DNA from: a virus
IMG/VR virus record: IMGVR_UViG_3300036893_000033
Span: 1 to 64,000 of that record
Length of the DNA stretch: 64,000 bases
Reading direction: 5' to 3' (one strand)
The position numbers and the translations under genes were made by a program. Position 1 is the stretch's first letter; the number at the start of each line of letters is the position of its first letter. The notes beneath the pieces were generated by a model. That model had not been told where the DNA came from. It saw nothing but the letters and a program-made list of their open reading frames with translations, and ran no database searches. Below, piece by piece: positions 9,006 through 18,174 of this stretch.

Positions 9006-9405
9006 TAAAATCCCCCCTAGGTCTTTCCTGGCGCGGCAAAACGCCCAGAATGTAGCGCGGTCTCTCGACACGCAATCCTTTTGATTTCCTGTAAACTCGT
9101 ATCGCGGTGCCTTGTGATACGCCCATCATTTCCGCTATCTGCCGCCACGTGTAACGCTGCGGGTCTTCACGCAGGGCTATCACGCGGGCAGCGTCCGTGG
9201 TGGCCGGCCTACCCGGTCTCGGGGTGGTCGCTCGCGGGGTGGTTTTCCGCGTCTTCTGCGGCGGCTCGATGACGCGAACCGTTACTTTCGCGTTAGGATC
9301 TTCGGTAAAGATCCGGGCGAGATCCGCAGCAAGCATCAAAGCGGCTCCAGGCGGCTGAGTCCTGGTTTCCGGTTCGGGGGGCGGTAAGTCGGGTAACGCA
9401 GACAT
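8998..9405 (-). CDS. HTH DNA-binding protein
   Basis: YTWRQIAEMMGVSQGTAIRVYRK. Confidence 0.65.
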   Translation of the reverse strand: MSALPDLPPPEPETRTQPPGAALMLAADLARIFTEDPNAKVTVRVIEPPQKTRKTTPRATTPRPGRPATTDAARVIALREDPQRYTWRQIAEMMGVSQGTAIRVYRKSKGLRVERPRYILGVLPRQERPRGDFNA

Positions 9406-9422
9406 AGCCCCTTCAGAATCCA

Positions 9423-9848
9423 TCATTCGAACCCCCGACAACCACAATAATACGAATCAAACTCATAAGCCCCGTGCGCAACGAATCCCCGGCACCGCCC
9501 CTGCTCTACTACGGTACGTCGGTTGCCTGGTACGTTCCGCGCCATGCTGTCGGGGTCGTGCGCCGCCCATGCGTAACCGCACAGTCCGCAGCTATCGACA
9601 GCCCGCCGCGACCCTTCTCCCATGTACTCGAAGAACGCCAGCCTCATGCTGGATGGCTGCGTGTGGCCACAGGAGCACCGCGCTACGCGCCCGGACAGGT
9701 CCGGAGTGGCCATGGGCACCGGGTCGGCACCGATGCCCACGCAGATCGCGCATGATGGATTGCCGTGACCGTCTGTGGAGTTGGCCGCGTGGCCGCAGGA
9801 GAGCATGGTGTCAGAGAGCATGGTGTCAGAGAGCATGGTGTCAGACAT
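9423..9848 (-). CDS. Cys-rich phage hypothetical protein with N-terminal 15-bp repeat
   Basis: MSDT(MLSDT)2MLSCGH; multiple CxxC; ends DSYYCGCRGFE. Confidence 0.65.
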   Translation of the reverse strand: MSDTMLSDTMLSDTMLSCGHAANSTDGHGNPSCAICVGIGADPVPMATPDLSGRVARCSCGHTQPSSMRLAFFEYMGEGSRRAVDSCGLCGYAWAAHDPDSMARNVPGNRRTVVEQGRCRGFVAHGAYEFDSYYCGCRGFE

Positions 9849-9981
9849 GGGATACCCCGTATATTAATCCAACCAGGCACAGCGCCAGCAACCCATACCA
9901 CAACAGCAGGCATCGGGCGTGCCGCTCCTCGTCCGTAGCATTGCGCCAGAATTCTTTGATGTCTTTGCCGAGCGCCTTCAT
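9841..9981 (-). CDS. Small membrane protein
   Basis: MKALGKDIKEFW...LLLWYGLLALCLVGLIYG; GGAGG RBS overlaps the IS target duplication. Confidence 0.55.
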   Translation of the reverse strand: MKALGKDIKEFWRNATDEERHARCLLLWYGLLALCLVGLIYGVSHV

Positions 9982-10024
9982 GGTGTCCTCCAAAGGGGAA
10001 TTATATACATGAGTACAGAATGCC

Positions 10025-10150
10025 TCACTTCTTGGACGCACGCTTCGCCCTCTTTTTCTCGCGGCGCTTCGAAGCCTTCGCTTTCTCCTTTGGCTTGTAG
10101 TTCAGGACTACGTCGGAGATCAGGTCTAACTCGGGTGGCGTCTTACTCAT
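10025..10150 (-). CDS. Small basic peptide at the IS1595 end (41 aa)
   Basis: MSKTPPELDLISDVVLNYKPKEKAKASKRREKKRAKRASKK*; hand-translated, below the ORF-track cutoff. Confidence 0.55.
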   Translation of the reverse strand: MSKTPPELDLISDVVLNYKPKEKAKASKRREKKRAKRASKK

Positions 10151-10310
10151 GTTTAGTTGCCTTTCGTGCTGCCCACTTCATCGCGTCATCTGCGTTTTTC
10201 TTCAGGAATCGCGCCAACTCCCTGAGTCCGAGTTGGCTGTACGTGGATGCCAACACCCGCATCCTTCCGGCTTCGTCAAGCGCGAACTCTCGTTGCTGTT
10301 CATCATTCAT
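10143..10310 (-). CDS. IS passenger hypothetical protein (55 aa)
   Basis: MNDEQQREFALDEAGRMRVLASTYSQLGLRELARFLKKNADDAMKWAARKATKHE*; overlaps both neighbours. Confidence 0.5.
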   Translation of the reverse strand: MNDEQQREFALDEAGRMRVLASTYSQLGLRELARFLKKNADDAMKWAARKATKHE

Positions 10311-11109
10311 CGTCGCCCCCGTCGTTACACATACAGGGAATTTGATCCGGCTCGGGGAGTTCTTCAGCTTGCGCCGGGGTAATGTTTACGAACTGACTCC
10401 AGGCGAATTTCCGGCCAAGCCCTTTGACTGCTGGCGTTCCATCTTGCAGGAGCCTATCGGGCTGACTGTGATACGCAACCGCGTTGCGCTCCATTGCCAA
10501 TGCGTCCTCGAAAAGATCGGGGTGAGTGTCCCGAAGCCAGATTATTTCGTGGGGTTTAGACGACGGGCAGAAGTAACAGGCAGACTTCATGGGAATCGGC
10601 AGGCCTGCCCGCTCCAGCGCGTCAAGACACTCTTGTTGACCCCATCCCCATTCCTTCAGCAAGTATCTGTAGCGATAGCGTCCCTTTTCAAAAATCCCGC
10701 TCCCGCGCTTCTCTCCCGCGTGGTAGCCAATGATTTTGGTGATGATCTGATCCCGCCCGTAGGTCTGCGTCTCGTACCGCTCCATGATCTGATGCTTGAA
10801 TTTTACGGAGCATCCCGGAAATCCGTAGGACTTAGACGGCAATGTACCGTTTCGGAAACAACTCTCGCGGAGACTGTCCCGCCAATGCCCAACAGTGATA
10901 ATTCCACGGTCGAGATTGCGGACTACCCACGGTCGCATGTACCGATCAACGTAGTCATAGGTTTCCGGCTTCTCTCCGCGCTTTTCTGGATCACTGCCAG
11001 CCGTGTCCGCGAAGATGATGTAGTCAGGCGGTTCGATGCCCTTCTCTTTCATGCCAACCAGCATCGCGCTACCGTTGATCCCGGCCCCGTAGGACATTCC
11101 GGTAATCAT
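10303..11109 (-). CDS. PAPS reductase-like (PP-loop) passenger protein
   Basis: MSYGAGINGSAML, IIFADT, CSVKFK, IIGYHAGE, PMKSACYFCP. Confidence 0.75.
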   Translation of the reverse strand: MITGMSYGAGINGSAMLVGMKEKGIEPPDYIIFADTAGSDPEKRGEKPETYDYVDRYMRPWVVRNLDRGIITVGHWRDSLRESCFRNGTLPSKSYGFPGCSVKFKHQIMERYETQTYGRDQIITKIIGYHAGEKRGSGIFEKGRYRYRYLLKEWGWGQQECLDALERAGLPIPMKSACYFCPSSKPHEIIWLRDTHPDLFEDALAMERNAVAYHSQPDRLLQDGTPAVKGLGRKFAWSQFVNITPAQAEELPEPDQIPCMCNDGGDDE

Positions 11110-12050
11110 GCCGACACCTTCGCAATCAACCGCTCATACGTGAGGCGTTTCCCGACAATGGCGTCAATGAACGATTCCAGCCGCCGCATGGTGTGGCGCT
11201 TCACGTCGCCTTCGTTCAGGCGGAACGTGAACTCATCGACGTATCGGTGCAGATGCTTCGGAGACACCTGATGGTAAACGCCATGAATGCCGCGCTTCAG
11301 AACCGCCCAGACCGATTCAATGCCATTCGTGTGGGCTACGCCGTTGACCCACTGGCCAGCGGAATGGTTGCAGGTTTCGTGCCGGAAGAACAGGCCGTTC
11401 AGGTCAGTGTACGCGCCGAATTCGTCCGTGTAAATCTGGCTGCCAGCTTCCACCGCGCCGTGAATCTCGTTCTGGACCGTGCCCGCGTCCGTGGAGTCCA
11501 CCACCATAGCGACCGTGCGGCCACCAGCGCCACGCTCCCGCATCCCGAGGACGGCAGTCTTGCCGACGCTCCCGCGTCCAGCCTTGAGCTTTTTGTGCTC
11601 GTGTTTGTTCTTTTCCTTGCCACCGACAAACGTCTCATCAATCTCGATGATGCCCCGGAGTTTGTCGATGTTGTCGGGCGACGAACAGGCTTCCCGCAAC
11701 CGGCCCAAAATAAACCAAGCGGTTTTCTGGGTCACGCCGATTTCCTTCGCCAACTGCATCGAACTGATACCCTTGCGGGCCGTGACAACCAGGTACATCG
11801 AATAGACCCACTTGTGAAGCGGAACCTTCGACCGTTCAAACACCGTGCCAGTCCGAACCGTGAAATCGAAGTTACAGGCGTTGCAGTGATAGAACCCCAA
11901 CCGCTTGCGGACGGTGACCTGTTCACCAGACCGGCAGTCGGGGCAAACCGTGCCAGTGGGCCAGAGCCGCGATTCGAGATAGACCCGCGCCGATTCGTTG
12001 TCGGGGAACATCTCGAAGAGTTTGAAAGTGCTGATGGTCGAACGGCTCAT
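11106..12050 (-). CDS. IS1595-family transposase
   Basis: Zn ribbon CPDC...CNAC; KGISSMQLAKEIGVTQKTAW; EIDETFVGG, YTDE, HTNGIESVW, YVDEFTFR. Confidence 0.95.
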   Translation of the reverse strand: MSRSTISTFKLFEMFPDNESARVYLESRLWPTGTVCPDCRSGEQVTVRKRLGFYHCNACNFDFTVRTGTVFERSKVPLHKWVYSMYLVVTARKGISSMQLAKEIGVTQKTAWFILGRLREACSSPDNIDKLRGIIEIDETFVGGKEKNKHEHKKLKAGRGSVGKTAVLGMRERGAGGRTVAMVVDSTDAGTVQNEIHGAVEAGSQIYTDEFGAYTDLNGLFFRHETCNHSAGQWVNGVAHTNGIESVWAVLKRGIHGVYHQVSPKHLHRYVDEFTFRLNEGDVKRHTMRRLESFIDAIVGKRLTYERLIAKVSA

Positions 12051-12119
12051 GACTTAATTGTAGATGAGTACAGAGGCGAACGCAAGCGAAAATCGTCTGT
12101 ACTCATGTATATAATTCCC

Positions 12120-12232
12120 CTCCAAAGCTTCCGCAACTGATACCACAGCATCGCGCAGCCTGACCCGAAGAAGAATCCGCCAAGCCACAAGCACAGTTCC
12201 ATTACGCCCCGCTCCGCTGGGGTGAGGGTCAT
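12120..12232 (-). pseudogene. Small membrane-protein gene interrupted near its 3' end by IS1595
   Basis: Empty-site reconstruction gives MTLTPAERG...QLRKLWRTP* with the stop coupled to the ATG at 9981. Confidence 0.6.
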
Positions 12233-12681
12233 GACTTAACCCCTGACGGCTTCACGTTCGGATCAACGCCCTCAGGCTCCTCCGCTGCTTCCGGGTATCT
12301 TCGTGGTGTGCCTGCTTCCGCAATCCGCTTATCAATCGCAGCCAGCCTCCGCGCGGACTGCTCCCCCGCCTCGTGGCGCAACGCCTGAAGCGCCAGCAGT
12401 TCCGTCGAGTACAGGTGTAGCGGGCGCTGCGATGTGGTTTTATCCCAACCATGAAGTGAATGATGAACGGAACTGGAGCACGCCTTGCCGACTTCATCCG
12501 CGTAGGAATTAAACATCCATCCCTTAGTCAGAATCATTCCAGTCCACCCCGGCCGCGGCGGCGGAAGGTCGGGCTTCACCACTGCCGTTCTCCGCATGGC
12601 ACGCTCCAGCATTACTTCCCGTGCCAACTGCTCTATGGTGGCCTCCAGCGAGGCTAACTGTGCTTTCTCCGTCTTCGTCAT
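12229..12681 (-). CDS. Phage hypothetical protein
   Basis: 150-aa ORF with AAAGGA RBS. Confidence 0.65.
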   Translation of the reverse strand: MTKTEKAQLASLEATIEQLAREVMLERAMRRTAVVKPDLPPPRPGWTGMILTKGWMFNSYADEVGKACSSSVHHSLHGWDKTTSQRPLHLYSTELLALQALRHEAGEQSARRLAAIDKRIAEAGTPRRYPEAAEEPEGVDPNVKPSGVKS

Positions 12682-12699
12682 GGATTATCCTTTTCTGTC

Positions 12700-13401
12700 C
12701 TATTGCTCCAGGCGTTTAGTCCATCTGTACCGCCATCGGTCGTAGCGGATCAGTTCTTCGCCGTCGATGGATGCGCCCAATCGCATAGCGTCTTCGATCA
12801 GTCGCCGGATTGCGGTCGTGTGTTGTTTCTGCCTAGCGAACTTTGTGGGATAGATGCCAGAGGCCCGAACCTCATCAACCCTGGCGCAAACGTCCTCCGG
12901 GGAGAATCCGAAGTACGCACAGCTGGCATATTCGTAATAGTCACCTTTGCGCCACTGGTGAATACCCCGAAGCGTCACTGAGTAGCTTGCTTCATGGAAC
13001 ATGGCGTGGTGCATCGGATCTCCGACAATCGCGCAGATATCCGGCCCTTCGCATCCCAACCCTCCGAATGAGGCATTTTTCTCACGCGGTATCCTGCCGT
13101 CTGGCGTCTGCCAGAGCACTTCGTATGAGGCGATAGCTTCGATCCGGCCAGCGCCAGCCTTTGCGCCGTAGCTATTGAAGCCGGAAATGTGCATCGCCAG
13201 TTCTCCGACACGGAACGTCCCCGCGTATCCCATAGCGTCGATAACGCGCGGGTCTCCGTCCGGTATCTCAATTGTCCGGATCGAGCAGGGATACCCAAAT
13301 AACATTTGGTTGCCGTATGTCCCGTAGACCCGATCTTTTCCCACCAGCCCCGCTGGTTGCGGATGAACCGCTATATAGCCTCCCGTAAACATCAGGTTCA
13401 C
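12700..13401 (-). CDS. Hypothetical protein
   Basis: Long ORF; GTG start overlaps the upstream TGA. Confidence 0.6.
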   Translation of the reverse strand: MNLMFTGGYIAVHPQPAGLVGKDRVYGTYGNQMLFGYPCSIRTIEIPDGDPRVIDAMGYAGTFRVGELAMHISGFNSYGAKAGAGRIEAIASYEVLWQTPDGRIPREKNASFGGLGCEGPDICAIVGDPMHHAMFHEASYSVTLRGIHQWRKGDYYEYASCAYFGFSPEDVCARVDEVRASGIYPTKFARQKQHTTAIRRLIEDAMRLGASIDGEELIRYDRWRYRWTKRLEQ

Positions 13402-13616
13402 TCCATCCCTTCCGGCATGATATCGCCGTTCGTTACCAGTACGTCGGTACGGGAAACATCGTCCTCTTCGATCTCCCGCGTTGCCGTGTTCAGCATGTGA
13501 AGCCGAGCGTTTTGCAGTTTGCGCCACGCCCACGGATATCGCACCCGGCGACCCGCAAAGCGAAATAACTCATTGGCTGCGTGAGCTTCCGGCGTCATCA
13601 GCAGATACTTACGCAT
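13398..13616 (-). CDS. Hypothetical protein
   Basis: 72-aa ORF with GAGGTG RBS. Confidence 0.55.
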   Translation of the reverse strand: MRKYLLMTPEAHAANELFRFAGRRVRYPWAWRKLQNARLHMLNTATREIEEDDVSRTDVLVTNGDIMPEGME

Positions 13617-14037
13617 GACTCACCTCGGGGGTGGTTACCGCCGCAACCCCCCGCCGCTTATTTTTGGCCGTGGATCGCGGTAACTTAGCTATCTCAACCA
13701 CGGCCCCTTCAGCGATCAGGGAATCGCACAGATTATTAAGCATCACCGTACTGCCGAGAATCCGAAGACATACCGAGTGCATCTCCGTTTCCTCATGCCG
13801 GTAGTCGGAGCTGAAGCGGTCTCCGCTTTCCGCCATATCCACGGCCACGACCCGGCGAATATCGGCCAGTGTCACCTTGGCGTATGCCACCTCGAAGCCA
13901 GCGCAGGAATAGTCCAGCTGGCATTCGTGCGCGTTCTCAACCAGACCGCTGACCGCCGCCGCTATCCGGTCCAGCGTCTCTATCGGCGTCGGGTCGTTGC
14001 GGTGCGTGCGCTTCGCGCCGGTGCGGTCCTTACGCAT
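13609..14037 (-). CDS. Hypothetical protein
   Basis: ATG after GGAGG. Confidence 0.55.
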   Translation of the reverse strand: MRKDRTGAKRTHRNDPTPIETLDRIAAAVSGLVENAHECQLDYSCAGFEVAYAKVTLADIRRVVAVDMAESGDRFSSDYRHEETEMHSVCLRILGSTVMLNNLCDSLIAEGAVVEIAKLPRSTAKNKRRGVAAVTTPEVSHA

Positions 14038-14246
14038 GGGTAGCCTCCGAAATATCCGCGTCCACCCGAGACCATACCCCATCACCGGCCAGCCCCCGCA
14101 TGGCTTCGATTCTCTGCGCTTTATCCATTTTTTCCTGCCCTCCCAGGCTAATTACTCAGCAACCACACCGCCAGCAGACCCAGCCCGCAGGCCAGCACCA
14201 GCAACCCGGCTCCGGCTACCGCGTCCCACGCCGACGACCTCACGGA

Positions 14247-14651
14247 TTACTCCCAGCAACTCCGCCAGATGTCTTCGTCGTCGCGGCGGCTCGACTCGCT
14301 GGTCAGCGAATACCGTTCCACGTAACGTTCAAACAGTTCCGCCGTCGTCTTCTCCAGATCCTGGCTCAACCCGGCGCCCGGGCGGGAGAACTGCACCGAA
14401 CTGTCATCCGGCGGCAGCACTCTGGCGAGAAGCGACTCAATCGCGCCACCGGTCTCAAACGGCAATTCCGTCGGCAAACTCTCGCCGATCGCGCTGACCT
14501 GTTCCTGAATGTAGCGGGTCAACTGCCGTAACCGCACGGCGCGCAGGAACCCAGCTTCGCGCGAGTATACGGCGACGCCGATATTGATAAATTCCTGCGT
14601 CACGGGGTCATGCACGTAACGCAGGATGCTGAAAGTGTAAGGCGTTCTCAC
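14247..14651 (-). pseudogene. DUF3037-family protein, apparently internally deleted and C-terminally truncated
   Basis: RTPYTFSILRYVHDPVTQEFINIGVAVYS...SSVQFS...LFERYV; GTG overlaps the kinase stop. Confidence 0.75.
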
Positions 14652-15121
14652 GCAAGCCTCCTTCTGATTTCTTCCGCGAACTCTGCCGCATGGGCGCTGA
14701 CTGTCCTCAGATGCTGTTCGATCTTCGGTAGACTCCCATTGTTCCACTCCGGTGGCACCTCATTCACGATGCCATCCAGGACAGGCCCAGGCAAGGCGGC
14801 CAGCGCGTCTGTAAACCCTGTTATATCAATGGCCTTCGATTTCAACGCCCGGTAAAACACATGCTCGCTCAAATAGCGCTGTCCCTCCAGCCGCCACGGC
14901 TCGACCGACGCGAGGATATCCAGCAGAAAGGAGAACGCCAGTTCGTGATCGAACAGGTAGATTTCGTTGGCTCGGGTAAGAAGATTGGGATTATTGAAGC
15001 GGCGGTCGGGGTTCTGGACGAGCGCGTCGAACGCGACCGCCTCGGCCCGGTCGCGTGCTGCGAAGGCCTGGCGGTAGGATCTGGTCTTATTGCGTTCGTC
15101 GCGTTGCATGGTGCGGTTCAT
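14648..15121 (-). pseudogene. C-terminal lobe of a HipA-like kinase fused to a short unrelated N-terminus
   Basis: FDALVQNPDRR...NPNLL...YLFDHELAF...VPPEW; N-lobe absent; paired with DUF3037. Confidence 0.75.
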
Positions 15122-15273
15122 GCCTGCCTCGCGAGCTTCTGTACCTGCCAAAGCAGCATCGCGTCCGGGTGGCCTTCGTTGCCGTCGTCTTCGATGTCGC
15201 TGGCGGTATCGGCCAGCAGTGTGGCTAGCCGTTCCATCTGTTCGGCTGAAAGCGTAATCGTTATGGTTTTCAT
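15118..15273 (-). CDS. Small hypothetical protein
   Basis: Stop overlaps the next start. Confidence 0.45.
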   Translation of the reverse strand: MKTITITLSAEQMERLATLLADTASDIEDDGNEGHPDAMLLWQVQKLARQA

Positions 15274-15309
15274 CTTGTGTATGCCGCCGTTAGCTTGACG
15301 CTGCATTGT

Positions 15310-15870
15310 TTACTCCCAGCACGCCCCGGCATCGCGCCAGAGCGGATACTCCCGATCCAGCCATGCAACAGCGGCGCATGCGTCCGCTGCCCATGCTCCG
15401 TGGATTCTGACGCCACTGTCCGTGATGAAGTAAACCAAAGTTGGCAGAGCGATCCTGGACAGGCACGCATCGTCGTAATCCTGCTCGTAACTGTATCGCC
15501 GCTCCAGGTTCATGTCCGCTCGACGGTCATAGAATGCGGCCTTGTAGAAAATCGATGCGCGCTTACGCCCTTTGTCGTCCACCAGATTCGAGTGCATCGC
15601 GTGGTCGGTGGCGACTTTTCGCCATCCCTCTGGTAAAGTGCAGGGGATAAACAGCGGGTCGGACGCGGACGGCTCGCCGAACTTAACGCCGAATCGCTCC
15701 AGAATCTCGCGATCCCCGTCCCCCATGCGCGACGGAAGCGCGCCGGAATGACATAGGTCGCGCTGGCCTGTTGCTTCCTGATGCCGGATCATCGCGTCAG
15801 CGCCTATGCCCATCGCCAATGCCATCATCATCGCTGGATCTTCTTTTGTCGTGTTTTTCGGTAGCTTCAT
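15310..15870 (-). CDS. Conserved phage hypothetical protein
   Basis: LPEGWRKVATDHAMHSNLVDDKGRKRASIFYKAAFYDRRA; GGAG RBS. Confidence 0.7.
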   Translation of the reverse strand: MKLPKNTTKEDPAMMMALAMGIGADAMIRHQEATGQRDLCHSGALPSRMGDGDREILERFGVKFGEPSASDPLFIPCTLPEGWRKVATDHAMHSNLVDDKGRKRASIFYKAAFYDRRADMNLERRYSYEQDYDDACLSRIALPTLVYFITDSGVRIHGAWAADACAAVAWLDREYPLWRDAGACWE

Positions 15871-15906
15871 GTTTCTTTTCTCCATTTCTTTTCTCCATTT
15901 AAAATC

Positions 15907-16227
15907 TCAACACCCGAACCTCGCCATATCGTCCGCGACCTCCCCGGCCCAGTCTCCCTTTGCCTCCATAGCGTCCCGCCTGTTGCACTCCCGGCACTCA
16001 CCCGCGCGGGCGCGTCCGCAGTCGCACGAGGGAGCCACCTCTGCCGCCAGATCCTCAACCGCATCCCGCAGAGCCTCAACGCTGGCCAGATACAACGGCG
16101 GGTTATGGGCCAGCACGCGGAAGGTGTCCAGCGCGGCCCGGAGCGGGGGCGGGATACAGCCGCTCATGCAGCCGCTCATGCAGCCGCTCATGCAGCCGCT
16201 CATGCAGCCGCTCATGCAGCCGCTCAT
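15907..16227 (-). CDS. Hypothetical protein beginning with (MSGC)6
   Basis: ATGA-coupled to the upstream gene; C-terminal CDC...CREC. Confidence 0.55.
   Translation of the reverse strand: MSGCMSGCMSGCMSGCMSGCMSGCIPPPLRAALDTFRVLAHNPPLYLASVEALRDAVEDLAAEVAPSCDCGRARAGECRECNRRDAMEAKGDWAGEVADDMARFGC
16157..16227 (-). repeat. 12-bp tandem repeat x6 (ATGAGCGGCTGC)
   Basis: CAGCCGCTCATG units at 16157, 16169, 16181, 16193, 16205, 16217. Confidence 0.95.
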
Positions 16228-16547
16228 ACTGACACCACCTTCAGCCGGGATATCTCGCGCTTGAGATTTTCCACCGCATCGGGCACCGACATCCAGTGAG
16301 CATAGTGGTGGTTCCATTTTCCCGAGTGCGGGTTGATATCCACGATCTCCCGCGCCGCCTCGATATCAACGAAGCGCCCGAACACGGTTAGCCAGTCCCC
16401 ATCCACTCTGATTTGCAGCACGCCAACTATGGTTTGCAGTTCGAGGGTATGGAACACGTCGTCCACCTTGACAGCCCCTTCCGCGGCAAAAAGCGCCGTT
16501 ATCTCGCGAGCGAATGCGGCGCGCATGGCCTTGCTCGGTTTACGCAT
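16224..16547 (-). CDS. Hypothetical protein
   Basis: 107 aa; GGAGGAG RBS; NPHSGKWNHH motif. Confidence 0.65.
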   Translation of the reverse strand: MRKPSKAMRAAFAREITALFAAEGAVKVDDVFHTLELQTIVGVLQIRVDGDWLTVFGRFVDIEAAREIVDINPHSGKWNHHYAHWMSVPDAVENLKREISRLKVVSV

Positions 16548-16626
16548 GGGACTCCTCCGCCCCGGTTGCCTGGATGGCTCGTTCCTGTGCCTTAACCATC
16601 TTCGTCACCTCCAAGTGACAATACAA

Positions 16627-16690
16627 TTATAATCATAAAACTACCATAATTGTCAAGGAAACTTTTATGGTAGTTTTTACGGTAGTTCGA
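16627..16690 (-). promoter_or_regulatory. Leftward sigma70-type promoter with flanking inverted operator repeats
   Basis: Minus strand TTGACA...TATAAT; AAAACTACCATAA / TTATGGTAGTTTT inverted pair around the -35, plus a third degenerate copy. Confidence 0.6.
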
Positions 16691-16852
16691 ACGTCCAGCG
16701 AACGAGCGCTCCCCGCCTGTAACCCAGTCAACTCAGCCCGTCCAGCGTCCAGCGGACGTCCGCTGGCAGCACATCTCCGCTTGCAGGGGGTGGTTACCCT
16801 CCCCGCTCGCCCCGCCACGGTTACCGCCTTCACGGCGCGGTAACCCCGCTAA

Positions 16853-17050
16853 CTAGACCTGGCTGATGCCTCCCGCCCTCTTAGCCCTCGACTTTCTCTC
16901 GCTGATGCGGGCGCGGCACCGCTTGCACGAATCGGGCGCATCGGGATAGTGGCACGGCGCCCTCCCCGCCCGCGTCTTGCACGCGCGCCCCGCCGCGCGG
17001 GCGATCTCCCGGCGACGTTCCGGGGGCAGGTGGCTGAGTGGGCCTGTCAC
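16853..17050 (-). CDS. Small basic hypothetical protein
   Basis: LPPERRREIARAAGRA (KGG-like). Confidence 0.5.
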   Translation of the reverse strand: MTGPLSHLPPERRREIARAAGRACKTRAGRAPCHYPDAPDSCKRCRARISERKSRAKRAGGISQV

Positions 17051-17051
17051 G

Positions 17052-17363
17052 TTAATCCCGTGCCGCCGCCGCTGGCTTGTCCTCAGTGGCCTCTTCCGGA
17101 ATACTCCCCTGGGCGTCGAAACCGGGCAGTGATCCGAGCCACCACTTCAGCCGATCCCAGCGCGTGCGAATGCGCTCCTCACCCGTGTGCCATCGCCTTG
17201 CGGCCTGATAGACTGGCACTTCTGGTTCCGGCATTCCGCTAAGAAGCGGTTTCGACGTGAGGAGGATTGCGTCCTGCCCCGACCCTATTCCCAGCGCCTC
17301 GGCAGACGATCCTTCGCCCGGTCTGCCAGCGGGCGTCATCGCTTGCACCCTCCGATCCCTCAT
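17052..17363 (-). CDS. Hypothetical protein
   Basis: ATGA-coupled ORF. Confidence 0.45.
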   Translation of the reverse strand: MRDRRVQAMTPAGRPGEGSSAEALGIGSGQDAILLTSKPLLSGMPEPEVPVYQAARRWHTGEERIRTRWDRLKWWLGSLPGFDAQGSIPEEATEDKPAAAARD

Positions 17364-17638
17364 CGTCCATCTCCGTTCTCTTCGTCATCGGAGCGGGTGG
17401 GCCGATCCTCTTCATCGGGATCTTCGCCGTTTGCCACCGTGTTCCGCTCCCGCACGGCTTGAGCGTTTGCGGCCTCGTATTGCTTTTGGGTTATACAGCG
17501 CCCGTACTTCTGGCGATTATTTTCAGTGGCCCGGCAGATAGCCCATTTCGGGCCAAGGATGCGTTGCAGCTCCTCCGGCGTGGCGTGCGTTTTCAGGTAT
17601 TCTGCGTAGGCCTCGCCCGTGCTGCCGCCTACGGTCAT
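17360..17638 (-). CDS. Hypothetical protein
   Basis: ATGA-coupled; GAGGTG RBS. Confidence 0.5.
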   Translation of the reverse strand: MTVGGSTGEAYAEYLKTHATPEELQRILGPKWAICRATENNRQKYGRCITQKQYEAANAQAVRERNTVANGEDPDEEDRPTRSDDEENGDGR

Positions 17639-17883
17639 CGGGCCACCTCCCCGCCGCCAAATCCCACCGCCGGGATAGTCAGGGCGGTGCCGCCCAGCGC
17701 GCCGTGGCGCAGGATGCAGCGCAGCGTATCGTCCCATCCCAGGAAATCCCATACGCACCCTGCGGTTTCGGACGCCTTACGCGCGGCCTCGAATTCGGGC
17801 GAATCCCACTCATCCGCCCCGCCCGCCGCAAACCCGGCCTTGATCGCCGCCACTATTTCGCTGCCCTGCTTGTTTAGTGTCAT
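17635..17883 (-). CDS. Hypothetical protein
   Basis: AGGAG RBS; upstream TTGCAA/TAAGAT promoter-like sequence. Confidence 0.55.
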   Translation of the reverse strand: MTLNKQGSEIVAAIKAGFAAGGADEWDSPEFEAARKASETAGCVWDFLGWDDTLRCILRHGALGGTALTIPAVGFGGGEVAR

Positions 17884-18174
17884 TGTGTATCAACTCCTGA
17901 AACCATCTTAAGTCAATCGCAAAGACGATTGCAATAGTCAAATGCAAATAAAAGCGAAGATAGGGCGAAAGCATGGAAATATCCTGCCGGGAATACCGCA
18001 CAAGGGGCAGGTACTCTATCGTGATGCCGTGGCCCCGCGCCATCTCTGGCCTCGACGCCCGTCTCTCTGTCACAGTCCCCACCCAGTCAGTCCCCAGTCA
18101 GTCACCCACCACCACCCCGAACGCCCCGACCACCCCAAAACCTCTGAGTATGGGTACCACTCCTTTTGAGCCAA

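Larger units (their letters stand above)
9996..12119 (-). mobile_element. IS1595-family transposon with passenger genes
   Basis: Perfect 24-bp TIRs GGGAATTATATACATGAGTACAGA (9996-10019, 12096-12119); 8-bp TSD CTCCAAAG (9988-9995, 12120-12127); DDE transposase inside. Confidence 0.95.

Noticed and set aside
9919-12140. Long plus-strand ORFs 9919-11271 and 11193-12140
   Set aside because: Antisense shadows of the IS1595 genes with no recognisable motifs.
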